Source: a bacterium
GTDB taxonomy: Bacteria; J088; JAWLBW01
Direction of reading: 5' to 3'
DNA: 64,000 nucleotides
Assembly: GCA_041690355.1 (NCBI GenBank)
Contig: JAWLHK010000008.1
Location: forward strand, 71,374 to 135,373
The notes under the pieces are model-generated. The model was not told where the DNA came from and made no database searches. It saw only the letters and a list, made by a program, of their open reading frames with translations. Every line of letters starts with the position of its first letter. Position 1 is the first letter of the stretch. The position numbers were made by a program, and so were the translations under genes. Shown here piece after piece: positions 1 through 9,637 of this stretch.

Positions 1-34
1 GACTCAGGAATCAGGAATGCGGCGCAGCCGCAGG

Positions 35-688
35 CTACTCGGCCGGGGGAACCGTGGCGAGCGGCGACTCCACGAGGCGCACCTTGACGATGCGGTCGCC
101 ACGCACGAGCTGGTCGACGACGTCCATCCCCTCGGCGATCTCGCCGACCACCGCATATTCCCCGTCGAGTTGCTTCTGATCGGAGAGCAGGATGTAGAGC
201 TGGCTGCCGCCATCCTTCTTTGTGGGACGGCGCGCGATGCCGACGGCGCCCCGCACGTTCTTGCGCTTCGAGGCTTCGAAGGCGATGGTCTGCGGCGCGC
301 TCGCGTAACCGGCGACGGGAAGCTCGGTGCTGTCGTCGTCCCACACGAAGTCCTCGCCGGGCTTGCCCCGGGTCACCGGATCGCCGAGCTGAATGAGAAA
401 GGGAACGGGCTCGCGCACGCTGCGGTGGATGCGGATGCCGTCGTAGAATTCCTCGTCAATCAGGCCGCGCACGTATCCGACGGAGGCGGGGGTCTCGGCG
501 CCGAAGAAGCGCACCGTGAACTTTCCCTTGTCGGTCTCGAAGACGGCGACTTCGTTCAGCATGCGCTCCCGCTCCCGCGACGCGGCCAGCTTGCCGCGGA
601 TCCTGGATTCGAGTTCCGGCGGCAGAACGTTATTGCACGCTGAGAGCGTGAAACCCGCGAGCAGAAGGGGAAAAACCAGACGGCGCAT
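35..688 (-). CDS. Cyclophilin-type peptidyl-prolyl cis-trans isomerase, lipoprotein
   Basis: C-terminal part of the 716-aa ORF. Lipobox MRRLVFPLLLAGFTLSAC and cyclophilin motifs (ETDKG, FYDGIRIHR, IQLGDP, RGAVGIAR, GSQLYI, LDGEYAVVGEI). TACAAT lies 7 nt before ATG 688. Confidence 0.88.
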   Translation of the reverse strand: MRRLVFPLLLAGFTLSACNNVLPPELESRIRGKLAASRERERMLNEVAVFETDKGKFTVRFFGAETPASVGYVRGLIDEEFYDGIRIHRSVREPVPFLIQLGDPVTRGKPGEDFVWDDDSTELPVAGYASAPQTIAFEASKRKNVRGAVGIARRPTKKDGGSQLYILLSDQKQLDGEYAVVGEIAEGMDVVDQLVRGDRIVKVRLVESPLATVPPAE

Positions 689-750
689 GGCTTCCATTGT
701 AGAGGGTTCCCGCCCGCGGTTCCACCCACGGGGAATGCGTGAACCCCTCT

Positions 751-879
751 CCGTTCGTGTCGAGCCGACGGTGGAAGGCAGCGCCTGGAACGACGGCGAG
801 ACAGGCACATGGGTTCTCAAGTCCGCCCCCTCGCTCTCGGCTTCTTCCCTGTTCCGGCCCGTCAGCTCGGGACGAACGG
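751..879 (+). repeat. REP/MITE-like hairpin element, full copy
   Basis: Begins CCGTTCGTGTCGAGCCGACGG and ends CCGTCAGCTCGGGACGAACGG (imperfect 21-bp inverted ends, 18/21). Homologous copies at 27833, 41175 and 60163. Confidence 0.8.
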
Positions 880-898
880 TGCAGGCCATCGCCGAAAA

Positions 899-968
899 CT
901 CGTTACTTGTCACTTGTAACTCGTAACTTCCCCCAATCGTCAATCGTAAATTGTCAATTGTAAATTTG
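899..968. repeat. Heptamer tandem arrays (CTCGTTA/CTTGTAA type, then AATCGTC/AATTGTA type)
   Basis: ctcgttacttgtcacttgtaactcgtaact and aatcgtcaatcgtaaattgtcaattgtaaat, both with 7-bp period. Confidence 0.8.
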
Positions 969-985
969 GATGTTACCGTTGAGCG

Positions 986-1909
986 GTGAAGCGTTACCTC
1001 GCCGCCCGCCTGTTTGCCGTGTTTCCCGTGATGTTCGGCGTCGTCACGGCGGTCTTCCTTTTCCTTCACCTCGTGCCCGGCGATCCGGTGGATCTCATGC
1101 TGGGCGAACAGGCGCACCCCGCCGACCGGGCCGATCTGCGCGCGCGCCTGGGACTCGATCTCCCCCTCGGCGTGCAGTACGCGCGCTACCTGCTCGGCCT
1201 GCTGCAAGGGGATCTCGGCTACTCGTTCTACTATCGCGAACCCGTGCTCGGGGTGCTGCTCGAACGGTTCCCCGCGACGCTCGAACTGACGCTGACGGCC
1301 ATGCTCCTCGGCATCGGGCTCGCGCTTCCGCTCGGCGTCGTCGCGGCCGTGCGCCGGGGCGAATGGGCCGACCGGGCGACGATGGCCGGCGCGCTCTTCG
1401 TGGCCGCCATGCCCTCCTTCTGGCTCGGGCCGCTGCTCATCGGCTGGCTCGCCGTCGACCTCGACTGGTTTCCCGTCTCGGGGCGCGAGGGTCCCGAGAG
1501 CATCGTGCTCCCCGCCGTGACCCTGGGCACGGGGCTGGCCGCGCTGCTGAGCCGCATGGTGCGCACGACGCTCGCCGACGCCCTGCGCGAAGACTACATC
1601 CGCACGGCGCGCGCGAAAGGGCTGCGCCGGATGGCGGTCGTCCTGCGCCATGGTCTGCGCAATGCCCTGCTCCCCGTCGTGACCATTCTCGGCCTGCAGT
1701 TCGGCGCGCTGCTGTCGGGCGCGGTCATCACGGAGACGATCTTCTCCTGGCCCGGCGTCGGCCGCCTGCTCGTCAACGCCATCCAGACCCGCGATTACCC
1801 GCTCGTGCAGGGGGGCGTGCTGATTATCGCGGGGAGTTACCTGTTCGTCAACCTCTTCACCGATGTCGTCTATGCCTGGCTCGACCCTCGCATCCGTCTC
1901 GAGCGGTAG
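986..1909 (+). CDS. dppB: Peptide/nickel ABC transporter permease (DppB/OppB family)
   Basis: VPGDP N-terminal motif, EAA loop EDYIRTARAKGL, ETIFSWPGVG, RDYPLVQG, LDPRIR. Confidence 0.92.
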   Translation: MKRYLAARLFAVFPVMFGVVTAVFLFLHLVPGDPVDLMLGEQAHPADRADLRARLGLDLPLGVQYARYLLGLLQGDLGYSFYYREPVLGVLLERFPATLELTLTAMLLGIGLALPLGVVAAVRRGEWADRATMAGALFVAAMPSFWLGPLLIGWLAVDLDWFPVSGREGPESIVLPAVTLGTGLAALLSRMVRTTLADALREDYIRTARAKGLRRMAVVLRHGLRNALLPVVTILGLQFGALLSGAVITETIFSWPGVGRLLVNAIQTRDYPLVQGGVLIIAGSYLFVNLFTDVVYAWLDPRIRLER

Positions 1910-1910
1910 G

Positions 1911-2702
1911 GTGGTTCCCGAACCGGCGGTCCTGCTGGCCGGCGGATTTCTCGTGGCACTCGCCGTGCTGGCGGCCTTCGCGCCGTGGATTGCCCCGCAC
2001 GACTTTGCCGCCCAGCGGCTGGCCGAGGGGCTCAACGGTCCTTCTCCGGAACATTGGCTGGGGCAGGACAAGCTGGGGCGCGACGTACTCAGCCGACTGA
2101 TCTGGGGTGCTCGAGTCTCGCTGCTCGTCGGCGTGGCCACGGTACTCCTCTCGGCCGTCGTCGGTACGCTCGTCGGCCTCGTCACCGGCTACCTGGGGGG
2201 CTGGGTCGACCAGGTGGGCATGCGCGTGCTCGACATCTTTCTCGCTTTTCCCGGCATACTCCTGGCCATCGCGCTCACGGCGGTGCTCGGGCCGGGGCTC
2301 GTAAACGTCGTGGTCGCCTTGAGCGCCTTCGGCTGGGTGTCGTTTGCGCGCCTTGTGCGCGGTGAGGTGCTCTCGTTGCGCGAGCGCGAGTACGTGCTCG
2401 CCGCGCGCGCCGTTGGGGCGTCGCCGGGGCGCATCATGTTCCGCCACCTTGCGCCGGGGGTCGCGGGTCCGCTCATCGTGAAGGGGAGTTTCAGCCTTGC
2501 CGGCGCGATCCTTGCCGAAGCGTCGCTCTCGTTTCTCGGCCTGGGACCGCAGACGCTCCCCAGCTGGGGCGGCATGCTTGCCGAGGGCGCGGAATTTCTC
2601 GGCCTCGCTCCGCATCTCTCGTGGAGCCCGGGCCTCGCCCTCGTGCTGACGGTGATCAGCTTCAACGTGGTGGGCGACTGGCTGCGGGATCGGATCTCCT
2701 GA
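1911..2702 (+). CDS. dppC: Peptide/nickel ABC transporter permease (DppC/OppC family)
   Basis: PSPEHWLGQDKLGRD, REREYVLAARAVGA, EASLSFLGLG, SWGGML. GTG start 2 nt after the dppB stop. Confidence 0.92.
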   Translation: MVPEPAVLLAGGFLVALAVLAAFAPWIAPHDFAAQRLAEGLNGPSPEHWLGQDKLGRDVLSRLIWGARVSLLVGVATVLLSAVVGTLVGLVTGYLGGWVDQVGMRVLDIFLAFPGILLAIALTAVLGPGLVNVVVALSAFGWVSFARLVRGEVLSLREREYVLAARAVGASPGRIMFRHLAPGVAGPLIVKGSFSLAGAILAEASLSFLGLGPQTLPSWGGMLAEGAEFLGLAPHLSWSPGLALVLTVISFNVVGDWLRDRIS

Positions 2703-2728
2703 CCTATCCACGGGCGGAACCCCACCAC

Positions 2729-2785
2729 ATTCCGCCCTGAGCTGACGGGGCCGCCCAGCGGAAGCGCCGACGGCGTGAGGGCGCA
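2729..2785 (-). repeat. Partial REP-like element, second subtype
   Basis: Reverse complement of the ctcacgctgtcggcgcttccgctgg...cccgtcagctcagggcgg unit also found at 5389, 20955 and 61289. Confidence 0.65.
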
Positions 2786-2787
2786 CC

Positions 2788-3462
2788 CTACCGCGCCGGG
2801 ATCGGCAGGTCCTCGGGCAGCGTCAGGCTCGCCGAGAGGCGCAGCATGACCCGACGGCCATGCTGGAGAGCTTCTTCATCGACCGGGCCCCGCTCCATCA
2901 GCTCGATTGAGATGCTCTCGATGGCCGCCAGCAACCCCTGCAGCAGCAGCGGATCGGCCGGCGCGAGACCGAGGCGCCGCATGCTGTTCTGAAAGATGTC
3001 GGCGAAGCCGGCGATGACCTCGGCGTGCCGGGCAGAAAACGGAGAATTCGCGCTGCGCGGCTCGAGAAAAAGCACGCGCGCAATCGGGCCCGCGCCGCAG
3101 GTGATGCGCAGGTAGGCGTCAATACCGGCTTCGAGCATGGCCTGGGGGGCGGGTTCGCTCTGTTCGACCTGCCACCGGACCGATTCGACGAGCCGCCCGG
3201 CCGCGACCTCGAAAAGGGCCGCGAAGACCGCCTCCTTGTTCGCGAAGAAGCGATAGAAGGTGCGGCGCGACACGCCGCTCGCGCGGCAGATGTCTTCGAC
3301 CGAGGTGTCGGCATACCCTTTGGCCGCGAACGCCTGGCCGGCGCCGGCCAGGAGGGTGGCGGGCGCCGAAAAGTCGGGGCCGGGCCGGCCGGGGCCCCGT
3401 TTACGCGTCGTTCCCTTGCGCGCGGTTCCGGCAGGCTTCTTCGGTGCTCCAGTCTTCTTCAC
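2788..3462 (-). CDS. TetR/AcrR family transcriptional regulator
   Basis: HTH signature FAAKGYADTSVEDICRASGVSRRTFYRFFANKE. Confidence 0.9.
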   Translation of the reverse strand: MKKTGAPKKPAGTARKGTTRKRGPGRPGPDFSAPATLLAGAGQAFAAKGYADTSVEDICRASGVSRRTFYRFFANKEAVFAALFEVAAGRLVESVRWQVEQSEPAPQAMLEAGIDAYLRITCGAGPIARVLFLEPRSANSPFSARHAEVIAGFADIFQNSMRRLGLAPADPLLLQGLLAAIESISIELMERGPVDEEALQHGRRVMLRLSASLTLPEDLPIPAR

Positions 3463-3507
3463 AGGTAACTCAAATGGCGGCCCATGCGGATGCCGGCCAA
3501 TCAGGAC

Positions 3508-4605
3508 TCAGGAATCGGCCGTCAGGGCAAAGGGACCGAGCCGCCGCCGCTCCAGTTCTTCGGTCATGAGCCGGATGAACTTCCGGTTGTTCATCATGGC
3601 CAGCACGACCATGCCGAAGTATCCGTACGGCAATTTGGGTGTTTCTTCAAAATACCGCAATTGGGGATACGGGCGCGAGGCGTGGGCATGGTGGTCGGCG
3701 TGCCGCGAGAGCCCGACGAGCGAATAGAGGGTGAACCAGGAGTCGGCGTCCCAGGAGTCGACGACCCGCACCTTGTGCCCCGTGCGCACGAGCCCCCAGT
3801 GCTCGAAGTAGTTCACGGCCTCGAGCAGCACCTGCGCGTTGCGGGCCTGCAGCAGGTAGACGAAGAAGGCGGCGGTGCCGAAGAGCCAGCCGAAGGCAAC
3901 CCACAGGGCGAGCTCGGCGCCGACCCCCTGCAGGACATGATTCCGCAGATGCCGCGGATGGTACCAGGAGAGCCCCGCGAGCTTCAGGCGCTGCCGTTCG
4001 ATGCGCCAGGCGCTCTGGAACTGCTGTTTCTGCGTGCGGAAGAGGAACTGGTGGAACGTCTCGCCGAAGCGCGCAGTCGCCGGGTCTTCGGGCGTGCCGA
4101 CGCGGGCGTGGTGGCCGCGCACGTGTTCGGTGCTGAAGTGTTCGTAGAGCACCGTGCACATGAGCAGGCGCCCGAGCAGGCGCATGTGCTTCTCGCGGCG
4201 GTGAATGAGCTCGTGCGCGACGACGATCCCCGAGTATCCGCTGTTGACGCCGACGAGCATCCAGGAGACGAACGTATCGGCCGACCAGAAGTCCTGCGTC
4301 AGATACATTCTTCCGAGCAGGAAGAGGTTCACGAACTGCAGGGCGACGAGCGCGTACAGCGTCAGGTCGAAGGGGAGCTGCCGCAAATCCGGCGCCGGCT
4401 GGCGGTAGGCCCCCGCGGCCCGCTTGTCATACCAGACCGAGCCGACGATCGGAATCAGGAAGGCGAGTGCGACGTACCACTCGTGGGGGCCGCTGGCGAC
4501 GAAGGCGAGCGTCAGCAAGGGAAACATGAAACAGAGCAGGTGCATGCCCCACACCCGGAGCGTTTCCCTCCCGGGCGTGCGCGTCGCCAGCTGTGTTTCG
4601 GACAT
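3508..4605 (-). CDS. AlkB-like membrane diiron alkane 1-monooxygenase / desaturase family protein
   Basis: His boxes HELIH, EHVRGHH, NYFEHWGL and RHADHH; multiple TM segments; RBS GAGGAGG before ATG 4605. Confidence 0.85.
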   Translation of the reverse strand: MSETQLATRTPGRETLRVWGMHLLCFMFPLLTLAFVASGPHEWYVALAFLIPIVGSVWYDKRAAGAYRQPAPDLRQLPFDLTLYALVALQFVNLFLLGRMYLTQDFWSADTFVSWMLVGVNSGYSGIVVAHELIHRREKHMRLLGRLLMCTVLYEHFSTEHVRGHHARVGTPEDPATARFGETFHQFLFRTQKQQFQSAWRIERQRLKLAGLSWYHPRHLRNHVLQGVGAELALWVAFGWLFGTAAFFVYLLQARNAQVLLEAVNYFEHWGLVRTGHKVRVVDSWDADSWFTLYSLVGLSRHADHHAHASRPYPQLRYFEETPKLPYGYFGMVVLAMMNNRKFIRLMTEELERRRLGPFALTADS

Positions 4606-4647
4606 CAAACCTCCTCGGTCGGCGGAATCGCTTCTGTGCGCGGGCTT

Positions 4648-4716
4648 ACTATACAACGCGCTTTCGCACAGTGTCAATCCGGCTTCTTGACGCGGATTGA
4701 AGCATCCCTGTATATT
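4648..4716. promoter_or_regulatory. Divergent sigma70-type promoters for the alkB-like and SCP2 genes
   Basis: Minus strand TTGACA(4677-4672)-18-TATAGT(4653-4648). Plus strand TTGACG(4687)-18-TATATT(4711). Confidence 0.6.
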
Positions 4717-4748
4717 CCACGCAGCCCCATACCGTGAAGGAGCCACCG

Positions 4749-5336
4749 ATGTCCATCCGGATCCCCGACAGCCCCGAGCAGTTCTTCCTCGAGTTCTTTC
4801 CCGGTCAGCACGCGCTGCACCGCAGCCGGTTTCCGGCCGGGGATTCGCCCGGCGCGGCGATCTTCGAAGTGATCGGCGAGGGAATCTGGTCGATCCGCAT
4901 GCGGGGCGGGAGTCTTGTGGTCGATGCGGGAAAGCCCGCCGATACGGCGCTGCAGATTGCGCTCTCGCCCGACGACTTTCGCGCCGTCTTCGTCGAGCGT
5001 ACGAACCGTGAGCTGGCGGCTACCGGCCGGATCTCGGAGGAGGCCATGGGCGCGTTCCGTCCGCTGTTCACGACCGAGAAGAAGCTGAAAACGATCGAGG
5101 GGATCCGGGACACGCTCGCCTTCTCGATCGATCATGACGGAGAGAAGCGGCGGCTCTTCATCACGCCGGGGAATGGGGAACGCGGGGAGCCGCGCACGAC
5201 CATCGCCGTCAACCTGAAAACCTTTCTGGCCATGCAGAACGGCAAGGCCAACACGACGATGCTGTTCATGACGGGCAAACTGAAGATCCGGGGCGACATG
5301 GGGTACGCCATGCGCATGCAGGCCCTGCTGGCGTGA
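4749..5336 (+). CDS. SCP2 sterol/lipid-binding domain protein, probably two tandem domains
   Basis: C-terminal SCP2 signature FLAMQNGKANTTMLFMTGKLKIRGDM; N-terminal half similar (GEGIWSI...ADTALQI...DDF); RBS GAAGGAG. Confidence 0.8.
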   Translation: MSIRIPDSPEQFFLEFFPGQHALHRSRFPAGDSPGAAIFEVIGEGIWSIRMRGGSLVVDAGKPADTALQIALSPDDFRAVFVERTNRELAATGRISEEAMGAFRPLFTTEKKLKTIEGIRDTLAFSIDHDGEKRRLFITPGNGERGEPRTTIAVNLKTFLAMQNGKANTTMLFMTGKLKIRGDMGYAMRMQALLA

Positions 5337-5349
5337 CGCCAGTCACCAG

Positions 5350-5489
5350 CCAATCGTCAATCGTCAATCGTAAATTGTCAATCGGATGGACGCCCTCACG
5401 CTGTCGGCGCTTCCGCTGGTCGCGCCCGTCAGCTCAGGGCGGGAACATCGCGTTCAATCGTCAATCGTCAATCGTAAATTGTCAATTGA
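5350..5489 (+). repeat. Composite intergenic repeat: heptamer array, REP-like unit, heptamer array
   Basis: caatcgtcaatcgtcaatcgtaaattgtcaat occurs at both 5350 and 5456, flanking the REP-like unit at 5389-5447, between convergent genes. Confidence 0.8.
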
Positions 5490-6911
5490 CTAGAGTTCCT
5501 CAATCCGGATCAGGTTGGTGCCGCCGGTGCGGTCGAAGGGGAGGCCGGCCGTGAACACGATGCGCTCGCCCGGTTCGCCCCACTTTTCGCGGCGCGCCTG
5601 GGCCATCACCGATTGCACGATGGAGTCGGTGTCGGCGCCCGAGGCGAAGACGCAGTTGCGGGGAAAGATGCCGTGGTGCAGGGCGAGCACGCGCCGCACC
5701 GCCGGGTCGGGCGCCGCCGCGATGATATCGACGAGCGGCCGGTTCGCGGCCACCATGCGCGCCGTCGAGCCCCCCTTGGTCAGGCAGACGATGGCGGCCG
5801 CCCCGATGTTGCGGGCCACCTCGCAGGCGGCGTGCGCGGCGGCGCTCTGCACGTCGCGGCGCGGATCGGGCGGCTCCATGCGCGCGTGGCGGGCGTAGAT
5901 CTCACTGTCTTCGGTGGCGCGGGCGATCTCGCTCATGAAGCGCACGGTCTCGACCGGATACTTGCCGACCGAGGTCTCGCCCGAGAGCATGACGGCGTCA
6001 GAGCCGTCGAGCACGGCGTTGGCGACGTCGCTCGCTTCGGCGCGGGTCGGCCGCGGACTTTCGATCATCGACTGCAGCATCTGGGTGGCCGTGATGACCG
6101 GCTTGACGGCGCGGTTGCACTCCGCAATGAGGCGCTTCTGAATGATGGGGACCAGCGCGGCATCCATCTCGACGCCGAGATCGCCGCGGGCGAGCATGAT
6201 GCCGTCGCTCACGGCCAGAATTTCGGAGAAGCGCTGCACGGCCATCGGCTTTTCGATCTTGGCCAGCACGCGGGCGCCCGAGTGATAGTTGGCGAGCATG
6301 CGCCGGGCGTCGAGCACGTCGTCGGGACGCTGCACGAAGCTCAGGGCGACCCAGTCGAAGCCGATGAGCGTGCCCTGGGCGAGATCCTCGCGGTCCTTTT
6401 CCGTCAGGGCGGGGATGCGCAGCTCGGCGCCCGGGACGTTTACCCCCTGGCGGTCGGCCACGCGCCCGCCGGCGATGACCCGGCAGCGGATCTGGGCGCC
6501 GCGCACCTCTTCGACCACCATGCGCACGGCGCCGTCGGCGAGCAGAATATCGTTCCCCTCCGCAACATCCTGCGGCAGCCCTTCATAGTCGACGGATGCG
6601 CGCGCCTCGCTGCCGGCGACCGTCTCGGTCGTGAGCACGAAGCTCTCGCCCTCGGCCAGCTGCACGCCGCCGCCGACGAAGCGGCCGAGGCGCACCTTGG
6701 GGCCCTGCAGATCCTGCAGCAGGGCCACGTCGGTATCGAGCGCCGCCGAGGCTTCGCGCACGAGCCGCGCGCGCATGACGTGCTCTTCGAGGCTGCCGTG
6801 GCTGAAATTGAAGCGCGCGACTTTCATTCCCGCCCGGATCATCGCCTGCAGAGTGGCCGGCGAGTCGGTGGCCGGGCCGAGCGTACAGACGATCTTCGTG
6901 CGGATCCGCAT
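5490..6911 (-). CDS. pyk: Pyruvate kinase
   Basis: RTKIVCTLGPAT, ARFNFSHG, DLQGPKVR, AKIEK, MLARGDLGVE, ATQMLQSM, PTRAEASDVANAVLDGSDAVMLSGET. Confidence 0.97.
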   Translation of the reverse strand: MRIRTKIVCTLGPATDSPATLQAMIRAGMKVARFNFSHGSLEEHVMRARLVREASAALDTDVALLQDLQGPKVRLGRFVGGGVQLAEGESFVLTTETVAGSEARASVDYEGLPQDVAEGNDILLADGAVRMVVEEVRGAQIRCRVIAGGRVADRQGVNVPGAELRIPALTEKDREDLAQGTLIGFDWVALSFVQRPDDVLDARRMLANYHSGARVLAKIEKPMAVQRFSEILAVSDGIMLARGDLGVEMDAALVPIIQKRLIAECNRAVKPVITATQMLQSMIESPRPTRAEASDVANAVLDGSDAVMLSGETSVGKYPVETVRFMSEIARATEDSEIYARHARMEPPDPRRDVQSAAAHAACEVARNIGAAAIVCLTKGGSTARMVAANRPLVDIIAAAPDPAVRRVLALHHGIFPRNCVFASGADTDSIVQSVMAQARREKWGEPGERIVFTAGLPFDRTGGTNLIRIEEL

Positions 6912-7013
6912 GCGACCACTATAGCGCACGCTTGGCGGGATTGCGACGGATGCCGGTCGGTTTTGAGAAGGGCAGCCGCCTGCGGAGCGAAGCCCCGGCG
7001 GCTCCGGTTGTGC

Positions 7014-7625
7014 TCAGATCTCGAAATCCGGCGCCTCGCCCTCGAGTTTCCGTCGCGCGAGGTGGTAGGCCGAAACCTCGAGCGGTTCGTCCGTGCGGGC
7101 ACCGTTGCGTTTCACGATGCGCCCGGGGGCGCCGACGACCGTGCAGCGGCTGGGGACGTCGCGGTTGATGATGACGGTTTCGGCCCCGATGTTCACATCG
7201 TCGCCAACCGTGATCGGCCCGAGCAGGGTGGCCCCGGTGCCCATGAAGACCCGATCGCCGATCGTCGGGTGGCGTTTTCCGGTCAGATGGCCGGTGCCCC
7301 CGAGGGTGACCAGGTGAAACATGACGCAGTCGCGGCCGATGACGGCCGTTTCGCCGATGACGATGCCCGTGCCGTGGTCGATGAAAAAGCCGGGTCCGAT
7401 ATCGGCGCCGGGGTGAATCTCGACTCCGGTGAGCAGCCGGTTCAGATTCGAGAGCAGGCGGGGGAGGATGCGCAGCCCGAGCCTGTACAGCGGGTGGATC
7501 AGCCGGTGCCCGATGATGGCGTGCAGGGGGGTGTGCGCCAGCACCGCCTCGAGGGTCGAGGTCGTGGCCGGATCGTTTCTGCGCACGGCCCGCACGTCTT
7601 CAGCGATGGTCTGCCACAGTCCCAT
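7014..7625 (-). CDS. cysE: Serine O-acetyltransferase
   Basis: DPA N-terminal motif; hexapeptide repeats TGVEIHPGADIGPGFFIDHGTGIVIGETA, VTLGGTG, KRHPT. Confidence 0.93.
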   Translation of the reverse strand: MGLWQTIAEDVRAVRRNDPATTSTLEAVLAHTPLHAIIGHRLIHPLYRLGLRILPRLLSNLNRLLTGVEIHPGADIGPGFFIDHGTGIVIGETAVIGRDCVMFHLVTLGGTGHLTGKRHPTIGDRVFMGTGATLLGPITVGDDVNIGAETVIINRDVPSRCTVVGAPGRIVKRNGARTDEPLEVSAYHLARRKLEGEAPDFEI

Positions 7626-7675
7626 AAAACCTGAAAGAAGATTTCAGCATACCAAATCGAGGGGTGCGCCGGTTC

Positions 7676-8032
7676 TCATCCGCCCCGCGCGGCCAGCCAG
7701 ACCCCCACGACGATGAGTCCGATCCCGGCGTACTGCGCGGGCTGCAGGCGTTCGTGGAAGAAGACGGCCGAGGCCACGAGCACGATGGCGAAGCCGATGG
7801 TCGTCATGAGCGGGTAGGCGAGCGACAGCGGCATCTTCGCGAGCACGGCGGAGTAGAAGGCGAGTGCGGCGCCGAACGAAAGGACTCCCGCCCAGAGCCA
7901 TCCGTTGGCCGCGACCTGCAGGAGGAACCGGGTGTCGGCCGCGGGGGCCATGCCGCGCATGCCCGCCTTGATGAAGATGTTGGCGCAGGCGTTGAGCGTG
8001 AGGGCGATGGCGAGCAGGACGTACTGGTTCAT
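7676..8032 (-). CDS. SMR/DMT-superfamily small 4-TM transporter (EmrE/ArnE-like)
   Basis: 118 aa, four hydrophobic helices, LAKMPLSLAYP and GIGLIVVGV motifs. Confidence 0.8.
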   Translation of the reverse strand: MNQYVLLAIALTLNACANIFIKAGMRGMAPAADTRFLLQVAANGWLWAGVLSFGAALAFYSAVLAKMPLSLAYPLMTTIGFAIVLVASAVFFHERLQPAQYAGIGLIVVGVWLAARGG

Positions 8033-8132
8033 GCGGGCAACTCTCCGGAGCGGACGCTGCGCATCCGCCTGTCCAACAGGGTATCCCGTTTGATGCCCCT
8101 GATACAATGTCACGACTTTCGAGGGCAGATAT

Positions 8133-8804
8133 ATGATGGAACGCAACCTGGAAGAACGCACGCTGGGATCACTCCCCTGCCTGATCGCCGAGGCGACCGA
8201 AGGGACCGATGAGCCGGCCCCGCCCACGGTCATCCTGCTGCATGGCCGGGGGGCGTCTCCCGACGATCTGGCGCCGCTGGCCGAGGCCCTGCCGGCACGG
8301 TTCCGCGCTGTGTTCCCCCGCGCGCCCGATCCCTTTCCCGACGATCATCCGTTCGGCTGGGCCTGGTACGGCATGGCGCATGAGTATCAGGCCGGTGCCA
8401 TCCGCCGCAGCGCGGGGTTGATCGCCGGGCTGCTCGACGAACTGACCGGGGGCGCTCCGACCGCGGCCGCGCGCACCGTGCTCGGCGGCTTTTCGCAGGG
8501 CGGCGTCATGTCGCTGGCCGTCGGCCTGTCGCGCCGCCCGCACCTGGCCGGCATTCTGTGCATGAGCGGCTATCTGTTCGACGCCGACGAAGCGTTTGCC
8601 GGCGGCCACGCGGGGGCCCCCATCTGCGTCGTGCACGGCACCGAAGACGACGTCGTGCCCGTGCGCCGCGCCCACGAGGCGCGCCGGGTGCTGCACGAGC
8701 GCAACGTTCCCCTCGACTACGAGGAATTCTTCATGGGGCACGAGATCACGCCGGCGAGCTGGTCCTACGTGCTCACCTTTCTGCAGCGGGTGCTGTCGGC
8801 ATGA
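8133..8804 (+). CDS. Phospholipase/carboxylesterase (alpha/beta hydrolase)
   Basis: LLHGRG, GGFSQGG nucleophile elbow, HGTEDDVV, MGHEI. Confidence 0.9.
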   Translation: MMERNLEERTLGSLPCLIAEATEGTDEPAPPTVILLHGRGASPDDLAPLAEALPARFRAVFPRAPDPFPDDHPFGWAWYGMAHEYQAGAIRRSAGLIAGLLDELTGGAPTAAARTVLGGFSQGGVMSLAVGLSRRPHLAGILCMSGYLFDADEAFAGGHAGAPICVVHGTEDDVVPVRRAHEARRVLHERNVPLDYEEFFMGHEITPASWSYVLTFLQRVLSA

Positions 8805-9618
8805 GCGCGCAGGAGATCATCGACGTCCACGCGCACATTTTTCCCCAGAACGTCTTCGAGAAGATCTGGGCGTTCTTCGATCGGCATCACTGGCCGATCG
8901 AATACCGAACGAGCGAAGCGGAGCGCGATGCCGTGCTCGCGGCGCGCGCAAGCCGGTGGACGACGCTCTGCTACGCCCACAAGCCGGGCATGGCCGCCTG
9001 GCTGAACGACTACGCGCTCGCGTATGCCGAAACGCATCCGCAGGCCATCGGCATGGGCACCTTTCACCCCGAAGATCCGGACGTCGAAGCGTATGTTCGC
9101 GGGGGAATCGAGCGCGGCCTGCGCGGCTTCAAGATGCACCTCGAGGTGCAGCGCTTCAACCCGGCCGACCCACGGCTGGCGCGGGTGTATGCGATGATCG
9201 CCGAGGCGGGGCTGGTGGCGCTGATCCATACGGCGGGGAGCCGATTCCCGGGCCGTGGACCGGCATCGAGCACTTCGAGCGCATGCTGGCCATGGCCCCC
9301 GGCATGCAGATCGTCGTTGCGCACCTGGGCGGACGCGAGCACGTCGACTACTTCCGTCTGGCGCAGGATCACCCGATCGCCTTCGACACGGCCATGGCCG
9401 GCGTGAACTGGCCGGGGTTCGATCCGCTCACGGAAGAAGCCTTGGGGAACATCCGCCGGCGCCCCGAACTCTTCCTCTTCGGCAGCGACTTCCCGAGCAT
9501 CCCCTACGCCTGGGAGCACCAGGCCGAGGTCGTGAAATCCTGGGGGCTCGGCGTATCCGCCGAACGCCTCGTCTTTGCCGAAAACGCGCGCCGGCTGTTC
9601 CGCCTGGGCACGGCCTGA
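8801..9618 (+). pseudogene. Amidohydrolase_2 family metal-dependent hydrolase split by a 1-bp frameshift near 9235-9238
   Basis: The N-terminal half (IDVHAH, RGFKMH, LIHTAG) and the C-terminal half (VVAHLGG, FDTA, LFGSDFP, ENARRL) lie in different frames. One extra G in the GGGG run restores HTAG-EPIPG. May be a sequencing error. Confidence 0.8.
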
Positions 9619-9637
9619 TCCGTTCTGCGCCGGCTTT

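Noticed and set aside
689-2185. N-terminal 500 aa of the 716-aa minus-strand ORF
   Set aside because: Antisense to dppB/dppC and runs through repeat DNA; the real gene starts at the lipoprotein signal at 688.
5613-7634. Long opposite-strand ORFs (this one and e.g. 13993-15597, 41104-42834, 54352-56415)
   Set aside because: Antisense shadows of well-supported genes in a high-GC genome; no motifs.
9225-9250. Programmed ribosomal frameshift in the amidohydrolase
   Set aside because: No X-XXY-YYZ slippery heptamer or obvious stimulatory structure; a 1-bp loss in a G run is simpler.
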